From Asterias rubens (Eukaryota), in contig NC_047079.1 in the NCBI RefSeq assembly GCF_902459465.1, forward strand, positions 5,642,001 through 5,706,000: DNA of 64,000 nt, written 5' to 3'. A model generated the notes under the pieces. The model made no database searches. It was not told the DNA's origin and saw only the letters and a program-made list of their open reading frames with translations. The first letter of the stretch is position 1, and every line of letters starts with the position of its first letter. A program made the translations under genes and the position numbers. Below are positions 60,601 to 64,000 of this stretch, piece by piece.

Positions 60601-63600
60601 ACACAGTCACACATTTTGGGGGAAACGCCAAGGAGGTGCGTGTTCTTCTTAAACAAGTTTTGAGTTTAAATGAGCAGGGTGTGGGAGAGTTACGAAACAC
60701 AACTCTAACTTCACTGGGGCTAAGTGCGAATCGTACGAAAATTTATACTATGGCATTCGTGAGCCTCCCTATTCACATACCGAAGGATACAGGCAAGAAT
60801 GTGGACAGGTGGAGTATAAGGCCTGGTTTCACGAGAGACACACTATGGCCTTCTCGAAACATTGGCTATAGGGCTCCGAACCTCAATCCGCTTGTAATAC
60901 AAGCCCCAGACCGAATGCACACATTTTCACAATTTTGGACGGAGCCTGATGAGCCAGTGCTCCAAAAAGCAAACGCCGTGGTTTCGAAAAGGGTAACATG
61001 ACCGAGTTTTGAGAGTGTGCACTCACAAGGCAAAGAAACCACCACAAGACAAGCGTTTCAGCTGGTGGACTCCCACACCAATACCACTTTACCACATCTA
61101 CTTGTGCCAGTTTGGGAAAGCTAAAACTCAGGCATTGCAAAAGGGTGCTTCGATGCGAGTGGTTGTCTTTTACGCTCGCATTTTTATCGATCGCAGAAGT
61201 GAAGACTTTATTAGATAGAATACAGAAGTATAGCCTAGTGGTAAACACAAAATTGGAATCAACATTGCAATTCCCGTAGGTCTGTAGCAAGCGTCTGTCT
61301 TTTCTACGGATAGTTTCACGGTAAAAAATATGTCACTTTCCGCCCTCTGGTCCCTCCTTGATAAAAAAAACACACAATCCACTACAAAAAAGAGTGCATT
61401 CCTACCTCCAGTTATCCTAAGGCTGTTCACCTTAGCAAGACTCGACCCATAGATGAATGAAGCATCTAGGTACGCAGTGATGATATTGGGTTGGTCGTAC
61501 GCCCACGGTTGGTAGCCGTGCAATGCCGGTGCCGCCACGGACCTCACAAACTCGATGCAGTCCTGATTGGGGAATACAGGATCTCCTTCTGTGATTGGAA
61601 TCGGCAAACAGATGTGAGATGTCTGACATCCGGTACATGTATCTGAAACCGCAAAAAGGTGTCATCTGTTGAGAGGGATGCTAAGCAGATATTGCTTGAC
61701 AAATTTCTTTGCTAAGCAAATATTGAGTCGGGCATGCCACCAGTCACAACAATGTAAACCGAATGCACTTTTATCTGGTAACCTGAGTCTGCTAAGTGCT
61801 AAGCAATACTATGTGGTCAGCAAGTTTTTGTGCTTACGTTCTATACGAAATTGGGCTCTGGTATATTGTAATGAGCAGCCGCTCACCCTTGAAACCTGGC
61901 TTGAATCCCGCCCGGCCCAGATGGCTGACCGGTACAATGCTCACAAAAGGCACCCTTCAAAGAGACTTGGTTCTTAACCATTTGATACGGTTATCAGTCC
62001 GTACCCGAGTACGAAGGCAAATCAGTTTCCTAAAAAGGGGTTTCGATACCCACTAGTCTAAAAACATGTCTGGTCTGCACATGTTGTGATCTAATTCACA
62101 TTCTTCTAACATTTGGGTTAATGGAATTGCTTTAAAGGAAAATTTGGTTTTCTTTCCCGTAAGATTTTAGCAAAACAATCATTGTCAACAAGAGCAGTTA
62201 TAGGTGTAAGAGCACCTCAGGATGTTGAGATGTTCTTTCTTCTCACCAGATTCTACAGGTACTTGGTCAGTGTCATGGATTAGAAGCTGGCCAAAGTGAA
62301 CCATGAGGGCGGCATAACCATTGGCAATCAGATCATCACTGTCCTCTGTGACTTGCCTGGAGATAGCTCTTGCACTGGGCAGCTCTTGCCCCGTCGTTGA
62401 CTTCCGTGGAGCTTTTTTGCCTGGGGAAAAATAGTGTACATGTACATTCAAAATGTTATCAAACGGAAGTGCATAAATGTGGACTTATCGTGTACGAACA
62501 CGATAAGTGTGGGTCTATAGTGTACATACACCATACATTTGGAGTAATTATGTACGTACACTATAAGTTTTGGACTTATCGTGTACGTACACGTTATCAT
62601 ATGCGTACACGTTATAATGTACGTACACAATAAGTTTTCAATTGATCATGTACATACACTCACACGATCAGTTTTGATTCATCGTGTTCGTACACGAAAA
62701 TTTAAGAAATATTTGTGTATTCATGCCATGGCGGCGTATAATCAAAACACAAAGTCAACAATCAAATTTATTTTGCAAAAAAATGACATTACGTAATCCT
62801 CACCATCACTGTAGGCGGATAGGGTGTATCTCCTTAGCGGAAGATTAACCATCCCCCATTCGGGCCGACGTTGATTGTTGCAGCTACCGTCGAAGGTTCG
62901 GTGCTGCTGACTCGTTGTGTCGTCACAGGTGATTCCGCCATAGACTAGCTCAAGTCGTTCAAGTATTCTGCTGATCAGTGTGTTGGCTGTTTCTGGGTCG
63001 AGGCTAAAAGTGCAAAGTTAGGAGATTTTGGCCGTGGTGGGGAATTCATCAAATAAGAGGGTTCGATATCACAGTCAAACATAATCTGCCACTCACAGGA
63101 CACATACCCTTACATTATGAAATTAATTCAGGTACCAATTTTATATCTGGAAAGCTTGTGTGGGGCTTTTTCAGTATGAATTACTTTGTCGTGTCACTTT
63201 CAATTGCAAATATAATTGTCAACCTAATAACGATGCTGTTTTCAAATATTATTTTAAATACGACGAGCATGCTAAATTGCAACAAAATTGGGAAACACAT
63301 TATTAGTTAGGCCTACTCATGAATAAAATCCGTTTGGTCACTCGCAAGAAATCTGAGCAATCTTTTGCGACCAATTGAAGAGATGATGACACTCCTGAAC
63401 TGTCTCAAGACATCAAGGGGATACCTAGTAAATGATACATCACCATCAACTCTTTCTGGAAAAACAAACCATAAAAATTATAAATTATTTATTTGCAATT
63501 TCTTTGTGCTATTTTCATTTTTGGAAAACTAACAATGTTATGTACATCACAGCCAGACACACAAAATAAATAACAAACATGTCAACATGATAGCGTGGGC

Positions 63601-63949
63601 TTGGTTCTTGAAAAGGGTTTGACATGGTTGAATACATAACATATAGCCTTTATTCAAGGCGCTCGCAATTTTCCAGATAGTATACAACACCTATAATATG
63701 CGCTGTTTGTCCTGCAGGAAGACGTGGCAACCGGGGGATGAAGAAACAGAAGTGGGGACAAATTGTTAATTTATAGGTAATAATAATAATATGCTCATGT
63801 ACACACCATCTGAAAGTATAATTGTCGTTTGCAATTCCAGTTGTTTCCAGTCAGCACTGTCAATAAGACCCTCTAGGTGAACAAGCAGCTCTGTGTCATT
63901 AGTTGATGCGTAGCATGACGTCACCAGTAACATGGCCAATAAGAGCACC
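57611..63949 (-). CDS. Secreted animal heme peroxidase (peroxidase-cyclooxygenase superfamily; ovoperoxidase/chorion peroxidase-like); start probably just outside the window
   Basis: Exons 63807-63949, 63425-63455, 62804-63003, 62247-62420, 61406-61642, 59918-60590, 59414-59584, 58747-58916, 58104-58224 and 57611-57776 are phase-consistent. Motifs: RTFDGSCNN..PEWG, FGQLLIHD (distal His), TAYLDASFIYG, AGDNRAAEQ (distal Arg), FRLGHSQI (proximal His), DLVSLNIQRGRDHG, GDRFWYE, NQRVSC...MNLGVW. Confidence 0.92.
62475..62700. repeat. Degenerate ~30-bp minisatellite of palindromic units in a peroxidase intron
   Basis: Repeats of tggacttatcgtgtacg(a/t)acacgataag-like units, each with a gtgtacgtacac-type dyad. 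Confidence 0.7.
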
Positions 63950-64000
63950 CTAAGATGGCAAAAATTAATAGAGTAGAGATACTATGTGTGTCACATCAAT

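Noticed and set aside
62475-62700. CRISPR array
   Set aside because: Eukaryotic intron with degenerate tandem units, no unique spacers and no cas genes.
40371-63949. A fertilisation gene cluster (brambleberry plus an ovoperoxidase-like gene)
   Set aside because: The peroxidase subfamily is unproven and an unrelated gene lies between them; proximity alone is not evidence.

Overview
AT-rich, intron-containing animal genomic DNA. It is probably an echinoderm or other marine deuterostome (inferred from gene content and repeat style). I assembled gene models by hand from GT-AG junctions with consistent phases. In order they are: the 3' end of a tandem-ShKT, GPI-anchor-like gene (+); an Rv2258c-like SAM methyltransferase (+, 4 coding exons); a solo Polinton/Maverick/adintovirus-type protein-primed DNA polymerase B gene (-); a prostanoid-receptor-like GPCR with a ~1,170-aa C-tail (+, 5 exons); a mitochondrial-type class I (Fe-S) fumarate hydratase (-, 11 coding exons) head-to-head with brambleberry (+, 12 exons); a Ser/Arg-rich disordered protein with about 16 RRxS motifs and a CaaX end (-); and an animal heme peroxidase (-, 10 exons in the window). 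Introns and intergenic DNA are dense in MITEs (notably a TTAA-flanked, Kolobok-like family with at least 12 copies or fragments) and SINE pieces. The most striking feature is the pPolB gene. It has no visible TIRs, integrase, ATPase or capsid genes. It appears fused to three host-type upstream exons and a triple-CCAAT promoter, keeps its polymerase motifs, has degenerate exonuclease motifs and carries one -1 frameshift. It is a candidate domesticated viral/transposon polymerase. No database searches were run; family assignments come from recognised motifs.
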